From: Aggregatilineales bacterium
Lineage (GTDB): Bacteria > Chloroflexota > Anaerolineae > Aggregatilineales > Phototrophicaceae
DNA length: 58,577 nucleotides
Assembly (NCBI GenBank): GCA_029975765.1
Contig: JARKOK010000176.1
Coordinates: 1 to 58,577 of the forward strand
Reading direction: 5' to 3'
The first letter of the stretch is position 1, and each line of letters starts with the position of its first letter. Under the pieces are notes generated by a model, which was not told the origin of the DNA, ran no database searches, and saw only the letters and a list, made by a program, of their open reading frames with translations. The translations under genes and the position numbers were made by a program. Of this stretch, positions 19,313 through 28,806 are shown one piece after another.

Positions 19313-19335
19313 GCTTCTGTCCTGTTTAATGACGA

Positions 19336-21213
19336 TTATCGTTTGTCCAGATGCGCGGCGGCCAACTGTCCCCAGACGGAAGCTGGTTCATCCGACCATA
19401 ACGCGAAATACGCGCGCCGGGCCGCCGTCCGGTCGGGCAGCAGATCATAACATAAGGCTTGCAGAAACCGCGCTGATGCCGCCAGCGGCGCGCCAGCATT
19501 GTCGCGAATGAGGTTGTTCAGGATATTGAGCGCGGCAGCCGGGCTGCCCTGTTCCACCAGCGCATTCAGGGCGCTGTCCGGCAGCGGGCTGGCACCGGGC
19601 TGAGGAGTAGGCGGTGGCTGGTAGCCAGGGAGCGGCGCGATTTTCTCGGCTGTATAGGTATCACCCTGCAGCAGCGCAAACGCCCACCAGCGGTCGCCCG
19701 CCAGATTAAAGCGGAACGCCTGCCGGTCGCGCTTACCAACGGCGGAGATGGTTTGTTTGTCCAGCACGTTAATTCCCAGTGTCGCCAACTGGGCTTCCAG
19801 CGGCTGGTCGCTGCGGAGCGGTTGCTCGGTAAACAGGCGGGTGAGCGCCTGCTCCACGTTGCACGCACCGTAGGCGCTGGCGGCTTCCAGCGCCGCGCAG
19901 ATCGTGATGGAGGTGGCGCCGGGTTGGGCGGCGGCGTTCAGGAAGGCGGCAGTTTGCAGTTCCAGCCACGATCCCGGTTCGGCCTGGGCTTGCAGCGCCT
20001 GTACCTGTGGCAGCGCCGCGCTGGCGCTGCTCTGAAAAGCCGTCAGCATTGCCAGCATCATATAGGCCCGCTGCTGGCTGAGCTGGTCATCCGGCTGGGC
20101 GAACTGCAAAATCGCGGTTATGGTGCTGATAGCCTGCGCTGTTGGCATTTCAAACAACGGCTCTGAAGCGGCCAGCAGGCAGCCCAGCCGGTTCTGGAAT
20201 AAAAAGTCGTCCAGCAGCGCCGGGGCCCGGAAGTAGTTGAGACTCCAGCGCCAGGTCACATCGCGCTGGCCCAGGCAGCCCCATTCCGGCACTTCTAACC
20301 GGTATACCTGGGTAGTCAGGGAGTCGCTTTGCAGCGGCCAGTTGACGATTTTGCCGAACAGGATTTGTTCGCCCGGCGCTACAAGGTTTACCATGCTGCC
20401 GCCACGCCAGCCGTAGATCACTAGTTCGCGGTTGATGTCACCCGTGTCTACTGCCAGGCTCAGTTCATCGGCGCTGTCACTGTTTACGTCCCCCAGCCGT
20501 TCCAGACTCAGGCCAGTCACATCGCGCAGCGGCGCTGCCGGCAGCGCCGGTGTTGAGTCCAGCAGTCTGTAAACGCCCTGTTCATTCAACTGGGCGACTG
20601 TGTAATCTTCGTACAGGGGCGTGCCGGTCGCCGGGTACAGCGTGTGCAGCACGGCATCCTGTGTGGCCGGTCGGCCATCCAGGTTGGCCGGGGTAATGGT
20701 GATGTTGAAACCGCCCACATCCAGCGCCCGGACGCCATCAAATGACGGCCTGAGGTCGTTCAGCGTGGCTTCAATGAAAGGTCGAATGGCGGGGCGCATA
20801 TCCACGCTGCCGCGCGGCGCGGCCAGCATTCCGTAAATCAACTGCTGGCGCAGGTCATCCCGGTGTGGGGCGCCGGGAAACCGGCGTTCCAGTTCGTTTT
20901 GCATCAGGCGCACCGCTAACTGGCGTTCGGTATCCCCCGGTGTTAACTGCCGAATCTGTGACAGCAGCGTGTCCACCATCTCGGCTTCTGTCCACAGGCG
21001 CAGGGCATAACGTTCAAAGGGGGCGTCCGGCGCGGTTGCCGCCCCTGCCAGCGGTAAGGGGGTGTTGGTCGCAAAAGCGGGCAGTGTTACCTGCGGTGCG
21101 GGTGGTGTATTTGTCATCAGCACCGGCGGCGTGTCCTGCGCGGCGGTGGGCACCAGCAGCCCGCTGCCCAGCGCGATTACAGCACATATCAAGCAGAGGC
21201 GGCGCATGACCAT
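19336..21213 (-). CDS. secreted hypothetical protein
   Basis: Signal-peptide-like N-terminus after AGGAG, DVNSDSADE loop, helical/TPR-like C-terminus. Confidence 0.75.
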   Translation of the reverse strand: MVMRRLCLICAVIALGSGLLVPTAAQDTPPVLMTNTPPAPQVTLPAFATNTPLPLAGAATAPDAPFERYALRLWTEAEMVDTLLSQIRQLTPGDTERQLAVRLMQNELERRFPGAPHRDDLRQQLIYGMLAAPRGSVDMRPAIRPFIEATLNDLRPSFDGVRALDVGGFNITITPANLDGRPATQDAVLHTLYPATGTPLYEDYTVAQLNEQGVYRLLDSTPALPAAPLRDVTGLSLERLGDVNSDSADELSLAVDTGDINRELVIYGWRGGSMVNLVAPGEQILFGKIVNWPLQSDSLTTQVYRLEVPEWGCLGQRDVTWRWSLNYFRAPALLDDFLFQNRLGCLLAASEPLFEMPTAQAISTITAILQFAQPDDQLSQQRAYMMLAMLTAFQSSASAALPQVQALQAQAEPGSWLELQTAAFLNAAAQPGATSITICAALEAASAYGACNVEQALTRLFTEQPLRSDQPLEAQLATLGINVLDKQTISAVGKRDRQAFRFNLAGDRWWAFALLQGDTYTAEKIAPLPGYQPPPTPQPGASPLPDSALNALVEQGSPAAALNILNNLIRDNAGAPLAASARFLQALCYDLLPDRTAARRAYFALWSDEPASVWGQLAAAHLDKR

Positions 21214-21357
21214 GAAAAACTCTCCTGCGTTGGCAAAGTAACAGCCTGTAGTGTGCCACAAAATACCGGAGTGTTCAAAAACCATTACTTTCAGGCGGTC
21301 ATTTCGCGCCGGGGCGGTTGTGCGCTATACTGAATCTGGAGGGAGATACAGGTAGGT

Positions 21358-22044
21358 ATGGCGACCAAAGACGAATTTGACAGCCTGCGTGCGGAGATGG
21401 TGGAGAAGCAGTTAATCCAACGCGGTATCCACAATCCGCGAGTGCTGGATGTGATGCGCCGTGTCCCCCGGCATGAGTTCGTCACGACAGAACTGCGCCA
21501 TCTGGCCTATCGTGACTGCCCCCTGCCAATTGGCGATAACCAGACGATTTCGCAGCCGTACATCGTGGCGTTGATGACGGAACTGGTCAACCTGTCCGGC
21601 CATGAACGGGTGCTGGAGGTTGGAACGGGTTCAGGTTATCAGGCGGCGGTGCTGTGCGAACTGGCCGCGCAGGTGTATACGCTGGAACGTTTCCCGCGTC
21701 TGGCGGAACGGGCGGGGCGGGTGCTGGCGGAACTGGGTTATACCAATGTCGAGGTGCATGTGGGCGACGGCAGCCAGGGTTTGCCGGACATGGGGCCGTA
21801 TGACGCGATTCTGGTGACTGCCGCCGCGCCGGCGCTGCCCGGTCCGCTGCGATCACAGCTGACTGAACGCGGCGGACGCATGGTGCTGCCTGTCGGCGAC
21901 GACCGCCGCCAGTATCTCGAAGTTGTGACCCGCATGGGCAACCGTTGGGAAATCGAACAGACCATCCCGGTGCGTTTTGTGCCGCTGGTCGGGCGTTACG
22001 GTTTTATGCCGCGCACCGGCATCGTGCCAGATGATACCGTTTAA
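21358..22044 (+). CDS. pcm: protein-L-isoaspartate O-methyltransferase
   Basis: QTISQPY, VLEVGTGSGYQAA, YDAILVTAAA, VRFVPL. Confidence 0.95.
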   Translation: MATKDEFDSLRAEMVEKQLIQRGIHNPRVLDVMRRVPRHEFVTTELRHLAYRDCPLPIGDNQTISQPYIVALMTELVNLSGHERVLEVGTGSGYQAAVLCELAAQVYTLERFPRLAERAGRVLAELGYTNVEVHVGDGSQGLPDMGPYDAILVTAAAPALPGPLRSQLTERGGRMVLPVGDDRRQYLEVVTRMGNRWEIEQTIPVRFVPLVGRYGFMPRTGIVPDDTV

Positions 22045-22919
22045 GTTTCAGTCGCATGTGAATTCAGGCTGCAATCCACGTAGTCCCGAATGAATCCTCC
22101 CCGGTCGGTTGCCAGCAGCACGCCGATCAGCTTACTGATCACCAGTTCGCCAAAGTGCTCCAGCAGCCGATTAATCTGTTCGCGCACGATCACCATAACA
22201 TCGTTCCAGTACACGCCGCCGGGAAGCTGCGGTTCGCGCGTGGGGCGTGAGCTTTCCAGATAGGCCAGCACCGGTTCGGCGCTGGGGAAAATCAACGAAC
22301 TGGGCAGGTCGTAGCGGGCGACGGCATAAAAATGACGGGAGAGAACCCGCGTTCCCGTTTCGAGGGTAAACATATCGCTGGGAGGCAGCGGCGCCTGAAA
22401 CTGCGCCGTGCCGGGCGGGACGAGCAGCGTGACGGCACGGTGCAGCAGTACCTGTAATTCTGGCATGTTATGCACGCTATTGGTAGTTGCCATCAGCAGC
22501 CCATCCGGCTTAAGGACGCGGCGGATTTCGTGGATGGCCTGATGGGTATCCGGCACGTGATACAGCATATGATTCGCCATTACCACATCAAACTGGTGAT
22601 CGGCGTAGGGCAGCTGCAGCGCGTTGCCGACTGTAAGCGCCGTATTCGCCGGATGATGAGTCAGCATCCCCGGATGCAGATCAATACCGAAATACGTGGT
22701 ACCCGGCAGTCTTTGCCGCAGTGTGGGATACCAGCGCCCCGGCCCGCAGCCGAGGTCAAGAATCGTTTCATCACCGCGCCAATCCACGCAGTCCAACGTC
22801 CAGGATACAAAATCCACCGGCGGCACGCTGTAGCGTTCGTGTGTTTCCTGACGGATGCGCCACCCCTCGTCGGTGAGATACATCTGGCGGACTGCATCGG
22901 GATCGTTTGCTGTGAACAT
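22041..22919 (-). CDS. class I SAM-dependent methyltransferase
   Basis: ILDLGCGPG, FDVVMANHMLYHV, RVLKPDG. Confidence 0.9.
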   Translation of the reverse strand: MFTANDPDAVRQMYLTDEGWRIRQETHERYSVPPVDFVSWTLDCVDWRGDETILDLGCGPGRWYPTLRQRLPGTTYFGIDLHPGMLTHHPANTALTVGNALQLPYADHQFDVVMANHMLYHVPDTHQAIHEIRRVLKPDGLLMATTNSVHNMPELQVLLHRAVTLLVPPGTAQFQAPLPPSDMFTLETGTRVLSRHFYAVARYDLPSSLIFPSAEPVLAYLESSRPTREPQLPGGVYWNDVMVIVREQINRLLEHFGELVISKLIGVLLATDRGGFIRDYVDCSLNSHATET

Positions 22920-23023
22920 AAAACCGTCCAGTTTTGCGACTAGCCACTGTTACTGATGCTAACCGTGAACGCCGTACTCGCGCAACTGCGCGGTGCTGGT
23001 TATGATCGGTTCAACTGACACGT

Positions 23024-23980
23024 ATGATTATAAGGGATTTTTCGTTGATTCTTCAATCGGCTGATATAGTACTGGCGCGCCACCGTCTGGCGCAAATTCT
23101 CTCACCAACGCCGCTGGAAGCCGCCCCCGGTTTAGGCGCGTCCGTCTGGTTGAAGCTCGAATGCGCCAATCGGACGCGCTCGTTTAAGGTGCGGGGCGCG
23201 CTGAATGCGCTGCTCTCACTGGAAGATTCGGCAACCGGAATCATTACCGCGTCATCCGGCAACCATGCTCAGGGGATCGCTTATGCCGCGCACCGGCTGG
23301 GGCGGCCCGCCCGCGTCCTGATGCCGGAACATACACCCCGCCGGAAGGTCGAAGGGGTGCGGCGTTGGGGCGCGGAGGCCGTGTTGTTTGGCAAAACCTA
23401 TGATGAAGCGGAAGCCGAAGCGCGGCGGCTTGAACAGACTGAAGGGCTGACCTATATATCACCCTATAACGATGCGCGGGTCATCGCTGGCGGCGGCACG
23501 GTCGGTCTGGAAATGCTGGACGAACTGGGAGACATCGCGCGGGTGCTGGTTCCGGCGGGTGGGGGCGGGTTGATCAGCGGCATTGGCGTGGCGCTGAAAG
23601 CCGCTAACCCGCGTATCGAAGTGATCGGCGTGTGTTCGGTGTCCACTCCGGCGCTGTACAACGCCGTTCATGGCGCCAGTTATCCGCAAATCTGGGACAC
23701 GCTGGCCGAGGCGCTGTCCGGCGAGATCGAAGCCGGCTCGATCACGATCCCGCTGGCGCGGCAGGTGGTGGATCGGGTGGTGCTGGTTTCGGAAGAAGCC
23801 ATCGCTGCGGCCATGCGCTGGCTGTTGTTCTGGCAGGGGTGGGTGGTAGAGGGCGGCGGCGCGGTCGGGGTGGCGGCGCTCTTAAGCGGTGCGGTGGCCG
23901 TTGACGGGCAAACGACCGCCGTCGTCGTCAGCGGCGGCAACGTGGATGAGGCGGCGCTGCGGCAGGTGATGGTGGGGTAA
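23024..23980 (+). CDS. PLP-dependent threonine/serine dehydratase family protein
   Basis: SFKVRGA, ASSGNHAQG, GGGGLISG, SGGNVD; exact start uncertain. Confidence 0.9.
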   Translation: MIIRDFSLILQSADIVLARHRLAQILSPTPLEAAPGLGASVWLKLECANRTRSFKVRGALNALLSLEDSATGIITASSGNHAQGIAYAAHRLGRPARVLMPEHTPRRKVEGVRRWGAEAVLFGKTYDEAEAEARRLEQTEGLTYISPYNDARVIAGGGTVGLEMLDELGDIARVLVPAGGGGLISGIGVALKAANPRIEVIGVCSVSTPALYNAVHGASYPQIWDTLAEALSGEIEAGSITIPLARQVVDRVVLVSEEAIAAAMRWLLFWQGWVVEGGGAVGVAALLSGAVAVDGQTTAVVVSGGNVDEAALRQVMVG

Positions 23981-24004
23981 GGGCAGCCGGTCAGCGAAAT
24001 AGAA

Positions 24005-24031
24005 CAGGGGCACGCGCATACCGTGCCCCTG
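24005..24031. repeat. REP-like palindrome
   Basis: CAGGGGCACG-CGCATAC-CGTGCCCCTG. Confidence 0.6.
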
Positions 24032-24052
24032 CTGTGTTCGGGGTGGCTGAGG

Positions 24053-27000
24053 TTAGCCGTTCCGCGTGCGCCGTCCGCGCAGGAACAGGAACAGGATAAT
24101 CAGCACGACGATGATGGCGATTATAACCAGCACGATTGGCAGGATGTCCGTGCTGGCCGCCGTTGTGCCGGGGACGGTTTCAATCGTCAGTGTGCCAATT
24201 GGTGTGATGGTCGGACTCGGCGTGCGATCTGTGCGGTCGCCGGTGGCGGTCGGGCTGGCAACCACCTGGGCAACGGCGGTCGCCTCGGTGGTTGGCGCCG
24301 CCTGGGATGGCTCTTCGGTCGGCTCTGCCGTTTCCTGCGCCATCAGGGTGGCGTCCGCGTCCAGCGTTCCCTGAGCATTAGCCGTCGCGGTCGCGTCGGT
24401 GGCTTCCGTATCACGCGTAGCCTGCGAATTGGCGGTCGCGGTGGCGGCGGCGTCCAGGGTTGCCTGGGCGTCCTGGGTGGCCTGCGCGTCGCGTGTCGCC
24501 TGGGTATCCAGTGCGGCCTGTGCGCTGGTCGTTGCGCTGGCCGCCGCATCCAGGGTGGCCTGCGCGTCGCGTGTCGCCTGGGTATCCAGCGTCGCCTGCG
24601 CGCTGCGAGTGGCCGCCGCGTTCAGGGTTGCCAGGGCATCGGATGTGGCGCGCGCGTTAGCGGTTGCTTCCGCGTTCCGGGTGGCCTGCATGATGTCCAG
24701 CGCGGCCTGCGCCTGTGCCGTCGCATCAGCATTCTGGGTTGCCTGGGCGTTGGCGGTTGCCAGCGCCAGATTGAGCGCGTTGGTCGTCGCCTGGGCATCG
24801 TGGGTAGCGGCCACATTCAAGGCGTCACTGGTCGCGCGTGCGGCCTGCGTCGCCTGGGCGTTAAGGGCGTTCAGCGTGCTTTGCGCGCTGCGAGCATCCA
24901 GTGTGCCCTGGGCGTTGGCCGTCGCCTGAACATTCTGTGACTGGAGAGCTTCGGCGCTGGCCGTCAGGTCCACGCCCTGGGTTGCGAGGGCGTTGGCGGT
25001 TGCCATTGCATTGGCCGCGTCGCGCGCGTCATCGGTGGCGCGCGCTTCGGTGGTCGCATGGGCGTTTGTGGCCGCCTGCGCGGCGGTGGTCGCCGCCTGA
25101 TTCACGCTCGCCTGTGACTCCTCAGTTGGCGGTGTGCCGGCCACCAGCGTTCCCTGCGCGTCGCTGGTCGCCTGCTGGATTACGCCAATAGCGTTGGCCG
25201 TCCCGGTCGCCTGCTCACTGAGCAGCGCCTCCTGGGCGGCGAGGGCAGTCGTATCGAGTGTGGCGGTCGGCGTACCCGTTGGCGCTGGCGTTTCCGTCCA
25301 GGTGGCCGTTTCGGTTGGCACCGGTGTGGCGCTGGGCTGGGCCGAAGCGGTCGCCGTGAGTGATGGCGCGTCGGAGATCATGAACGTGACATCGGCGCTG
25401 GCACTCTGGCCGCCCGCGTTGGTCGCGGTCGCTGTCAGAATGTGGCCGCCCGGTGGGATTGCCAGCACGTCCAGTTCGAACGTATACGGCGCGCGAGTTT
25501 CGGTCGCAACTTCCTGCCCATCCAGGGCGAAGGTGACAGCCGTGATCGCCGTCTGACCACCGGCCTCAACGGTGATTGTGCGATTTTCGGTCAGCGTTTC
25601 GCCGGTTTGCAGGCCGGTAATCGTGACTTCCGGCGGGAGCGCCGCCGCGATGAATTCTACCGACGCCGCTTCCGATTGGCCGCTTTCCAGCGTGACGGTT
25701 GCCACCAGCAGGTTGCGCCCCGGTTGCAATTCGGCGGGGTTGACCGTTACGACTGCCGGCACCTGCGCGGCGGTGGTTATCTCAACATTGTTAACCGTTA
25801 CCACGACGCTGCTGACCGGTGTCTGCCCGGTGGCCTCAATCGTGACTTCAGTCGGCTCGCTGATTTCCTGCTGTGCTTCCAGACCGCTGAGGGTAATCTG
25901 CGGCGGCAGGGCGGCAGCGGTGAACGCCTGCGTTACAGTGGCAACCGCGCCGCCCACATTGGTGACATCCACTGTCAGCGTATGCTCGCCGGGGGTGAGG
26001 GTCGCCGGGTCAATCGTGAACAGATAGGGAGCTTCGGTCACAACTGCCTCGCCGCCGTCAATCGTGAAAGCGGCGGACGTGGCCGGTGTCTGTCCCGATA
26101 CGTCCAGCGTGATGGTGACCGGTTCGGCGATGGGCTGCGTTCCAAGACCGACAATCGTCACGCTTGAGGGCAGCGCCGCGACGGTGAACGTACCGTTGAC
26201 CTGCCCAATGCCACCACCGGATGCGTCGGTGGCGGTGAAGGTCAGCTTATGCTCGCCGGGGCGCAACCGCAGCGGATCCAGCGTGATACTGTACGGCGGC
26301 TCGGTGAAACTGCCGGCCACCACACCATCCAGCCGAAACTGCGCGGTCGTGATCGGGTCATCGGCGCGCACCTCGGCGGTTACGGTAACGGGTTCGGTGA
26401 TCGGCTCGGTGGGCAGATCGGGCAGGGTGACAATCGGCACGAGGATCGGCACGCGCACCACCGTATCGGCGCTGGCTGTGCCGTCGGGCGTTGTCACGGC
26501 GAGTGTCAAACCATACTCGGTGCCATCGCCGGGCACGTCGGCGTTCAGGGTGACAATGTACTGGCTGCGCAGGGTTGCCGCCAGACCACCGTAGATCGCC
26601 ACCAGTTCGTCCAGGGTGGGCGATTCAGCAAAGCGGGCATTGGTGCCGCCGGATGTTTCTTGCAGGTAAGTGCGGTCAAAGCCATACCCGACGCCGATGG
26701 TATACACCGGCACGCCCCGGATGATCGCTTCCTGCAGGGCAGCCCCGCGTTCGACGCCGCTGATGTTGCCATACTCCGCGCCGTCGCTGAGGACGATCAC
26801 GGCACGGCGCGGCGACGGGGAACTGGCGGCTTTGGTAACGGCTTCCAGCATCCCTTTATACAGCGCGGTTTTGCCGCCTGCCCGCAGGGCTTCAATCGTA
26901 CTCAACAGGGCCGCTTTATCGGTCGTGTAATCCTGCACCACTTCCACATTACTGTCGAATGTCAGGATTGCCACCGGATCGTTCGGGCCGATGGAATTTA

Positions 27001-27352
27001 CAAAGTTGATGGCCGCCTCTTTAGCGCGGTCAAGCGGCAGCCCGTCCATGCTGCTGCTGGTATCAATCGCCAGCACAACCGAGAACGCCAGTTGGTCGTC
27101 GCTGATGTTTTCCACACTGACAATCCGGGCGCGTTCTGCCAGCGGGCCGGCGATGGTAAAGTTATCGGCGGTCAGCCCGAAGATAGGCTGTCCCAGCCGG
27201 TCATAAACCGCCGCGTTGACGACAATAGTAGGAAGATTGGCAGAGTTTACCCCTGTGATTTCGACCCGTGTCGCCGGTGTAGCCTGTTTGGCCCACAGCG
27301 CGACCGGCACGAGCAACAAAAGCGACAACAACGCAAAGAATAGGCGTTTCAC
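24053..27352 (-). CDS. surface protein: VWA domain, Ig-like repeats, Ala/Thr/Gln-rich stalk, C-terminal TM anchor
   Basis: Signal peptide; MIDAS DTSSS..T..SDG; repeated PY..D...L.PG.H.L units; TM helix plus RGRRTRNG tail. Confidence 0.85.
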   Translation of the reverse strand: MKRLFFALLSLLLLVPVALWAKQATPATRVEITGVNSANLPTIVVNAAVYDRLGQPIFGLTADNFTIAGPLAERARIVSVENISDDQLAFSVVLAIDTSSSMDGLPLDRAKEAAINFVNSIGPNDPVAILTFDSNVEVVQDYTTDKAALLSTIEALRAGGKTALYKGMLEAVTKAASSPSPRRAVIVLSDGAEYGNISGVERGAALQEAIIRGVPVYTIGVGYGFDRTYLQETSGGTNARFAESPTLDELVAIYGGLAATLRSQYIVTLNADVPGDGTEYGLTLAVTTPDGTASADTVVRVPILVPIVTLPDLPTEPITEPVTVTAEVRADDPITTAQFRLDGVVAGSFTEPPYSITLDPLRLRPGEHKLTFTATDASGGGIGQVNGTFTVAALPSSVTIVGLGTQPIAEPVTITLDVSGQTPATSAAFTIDGGEAVVTEAPYLFTIDPATLTPGEHTLTVDVTNVGGAVATVTQAFTAAALPPQITLSGLEAQQEISEPTEVTIEATGQTPVSSVVVTVNNVEITTAAQVPAVVTVNPAELQPGRNLLVATVTLESGQSEAASVEFIAAALPPEVTITGLQTGETLTENRTITVEAGGQTAITAVTFALDGQEVATETRAPYTFELDVLAIPPGGHILTATATNAGGQSASADVTFMISDAPSLTATASAQPSATPVPTETATWTETPAPTGTPTATLDTTALAAQEALLSEQATGTANAIGVIQQATSDAQGTLVAGTPPTEESQASVNQAATTAAQAATNAHATTEARATDDARDAANAMATANALATQGVDLTASAEALQSQNVQATANAQGTLDARSAQSTLNALNAQATQAARATSDALNVAATHDAQATTNALNLALATANAQATQNADATAQAQAALDIMQATRNAEATANARATSDALATLNAAATRSAQATLDTQATRDAQATLDAAASATTSAQAALDTQATRDAQATQDAQATLDAAATATANSQATRDTEATDATATANAQGTLDADATLMAQETAEPTEEPSQAAPTTEATAVAQVVASPTATGDRTDRTPSPTITPIGTLTIETVPGTTAASTDILPIVLVIIAIIVVLIILFLFLRGRRTRNG
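24475..24589. repeat. 37-bp intragenic direct repeat (24475-24511, 24553-24589)
   Basis: GGGTGGCCTGCGCGTCGCGTGTCGCCTGGGTATCCAG twice with a 78-nt period, encoding LDTQATRDAQAT. Confidence 0.85.
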
Positions 27353-27474
27353 GATTGCCCCCGATTTGAGCTGAAAAATAAAATCACTGCTGCAAAAGAA
27401 CAGCCTGATGTTCTAATGTTAGCGTAATTCTCATTTCTCGCAACTGAGGGCTGGAGAATGCGCCGAAATGTCCC

Positions 27475-28293
27475 TTATGACAGGTGCTCGGTATGCCGCC
27501 GGTTGAACAGCGCATTCACACGGCGCAGATCGCTGTCCGTTTCAATGACCGTTTCGCGCACGATAGCCGCGTGCAGGCCCAGACCGGCGACGGCTGCCGC
27601 TTCGTCAATCGAACGCAGGCCATCCGTGAACATAACACGGATGTGTGACGGAATTTGGCCGCGCAGGCGGCGGGCGTTGTCAATGTCGAGCTGCTGCGTG
27701 GCGGCATCCCGGCTGCGAATGCCAATCACGGCGGGGCTGATGCTCAGGGCGTAGTTCAGTTCGTCTTGGTTGGTAATTTGCACGATGGCCGTCATGCGGT
27801 TACGGTGCGTGGCTGAGACCAGCGCCCGGAGGGTAGCCGGTTCAACGACGGCGGAATGTAAGATCACGGCTGAGGCGCCCGCCGCGCGAGCTTCCACGAC
27901 CTGATATTCATCCAGAATATAGTCCTGACTGATAACCGGCAGATTCACAGCACGGGACACCAGCACCAGATCGTCCAGGCCGCGCTGATACATGTCTTCG
28001 TCCGTGAACAAGGCAATTGCATCCACTCCTGCCTGCACATACCGCAGCGCCCCGGCCACCGGATCGTAAGTGTCACCTAGCGGGCTGGTCTGCGGCAGTT
28101 TGTATTTGATCTGCCCGATCAGCATAATCATGCCGGTATCCGTCACCGTGCTGAGCACCGGCTGCGGGCGTTTTTGCATACTTGCCAGCGCGCGTACCGC
28201 CTCAATCGGCGTTTTGGTTTTACGCTCGACCAGCGAGCGGCGTTTCGCGGCCAGAATAACGTCAAGTTGGGGCACGAGTTCCTTCGTCGTCAT
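27475..28293 (-). CDS. indole-3-glycerol-phosphate synthase (TrpC)-like protein with altered active site
   Basis: Overall TrpC pattern (YDP..A..Y...G..AI..TD, LPV..D.I.DEYQV.EAR..GA) but catalytic motifs are substituted. Confidence 0.8.
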   Translation of the reverse strand: MTTKELVPQLDVILAAKRRSLVERKTKTPIEAVRALASMQKRPQPVLSTVTDTGMIMLIGQIKYKLPQTSPLGDTYDPVAGALRYVQAGVDAIALFTDEDMYQRGLDDLVLVSRAVNLPVISQDYILDEYQVVEARAAGASAVILHSAVVEPATLRALVSATHRNRMTAIVQITNQDELNYALSISPAVIGIRSRDAATQQLDIDNARRLRGQIPSHIRVMFTDGLRSIDEAAAVAGLGLHAAIVRETVIETDSDLRRVNALFNRRHTEHLS

Positions 28294-28498
28294 GTAGGTT
28301 TGTGGATTGCCCTGCTGCCAGCAGAGCGCCTCGTCAGGTTATTTGGACTCCTAACTTCTTATTTTAATGGTTTTTCGCCGTTTTGTGGCGCAACAATTGC
28401 TGTAAAATAGGTTTGTGTTTGGTTTAGAAATCGGTGTACTATATACACCTAGACTGGCTGCGGCTGGTCATCACAAGCTTGCCTGAGGGTGTCTAACG

Positions 28499-28789
28499 AT
28501 GGAACTATCACATGAAGCCGTCCGGTGGATTGCCGATTTAGCCCGGCTGGAACTGACTGACGAGGAAATCGAGCGGTATGCCGGGCAGTTATCCCATATC
28601 CTGCAGCACTTTGAACGGCTGCAAACCCTGGACACATCCCACATCGAACCGACCGCATCCGTCCTGCCGTTGAAGAACGTGCTGCGCCCGGATGTGGCCG
28701 CCGCGCCCCTGCCACCCGAAGCAGTGATTGCCAACGCGCCGGATGCTCTTGATAATCAGTTCCGGGTCAGCGCCGTATTGGACGAATAG
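28499..28789 (+). CDS. gatC: Asp/Glu-tRNA amidotransferase subunit C
   Basis: IADLARLEL, LDTSHIEPT, NVLRPD, NAP..FRVSAVL. Confidence 0.92.
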   Translation: MELSHEAVRWIADLARLELTDEEIERYAGQLSHILQHFERLQTLDTSHIEPTASVLPLKNVLRPDVAAAPLPPEAVIANAPDALDNQFRVSAVLDE

Positions 28790-28806
28790 CTTAGAGGGCC
28801 AGTCTT

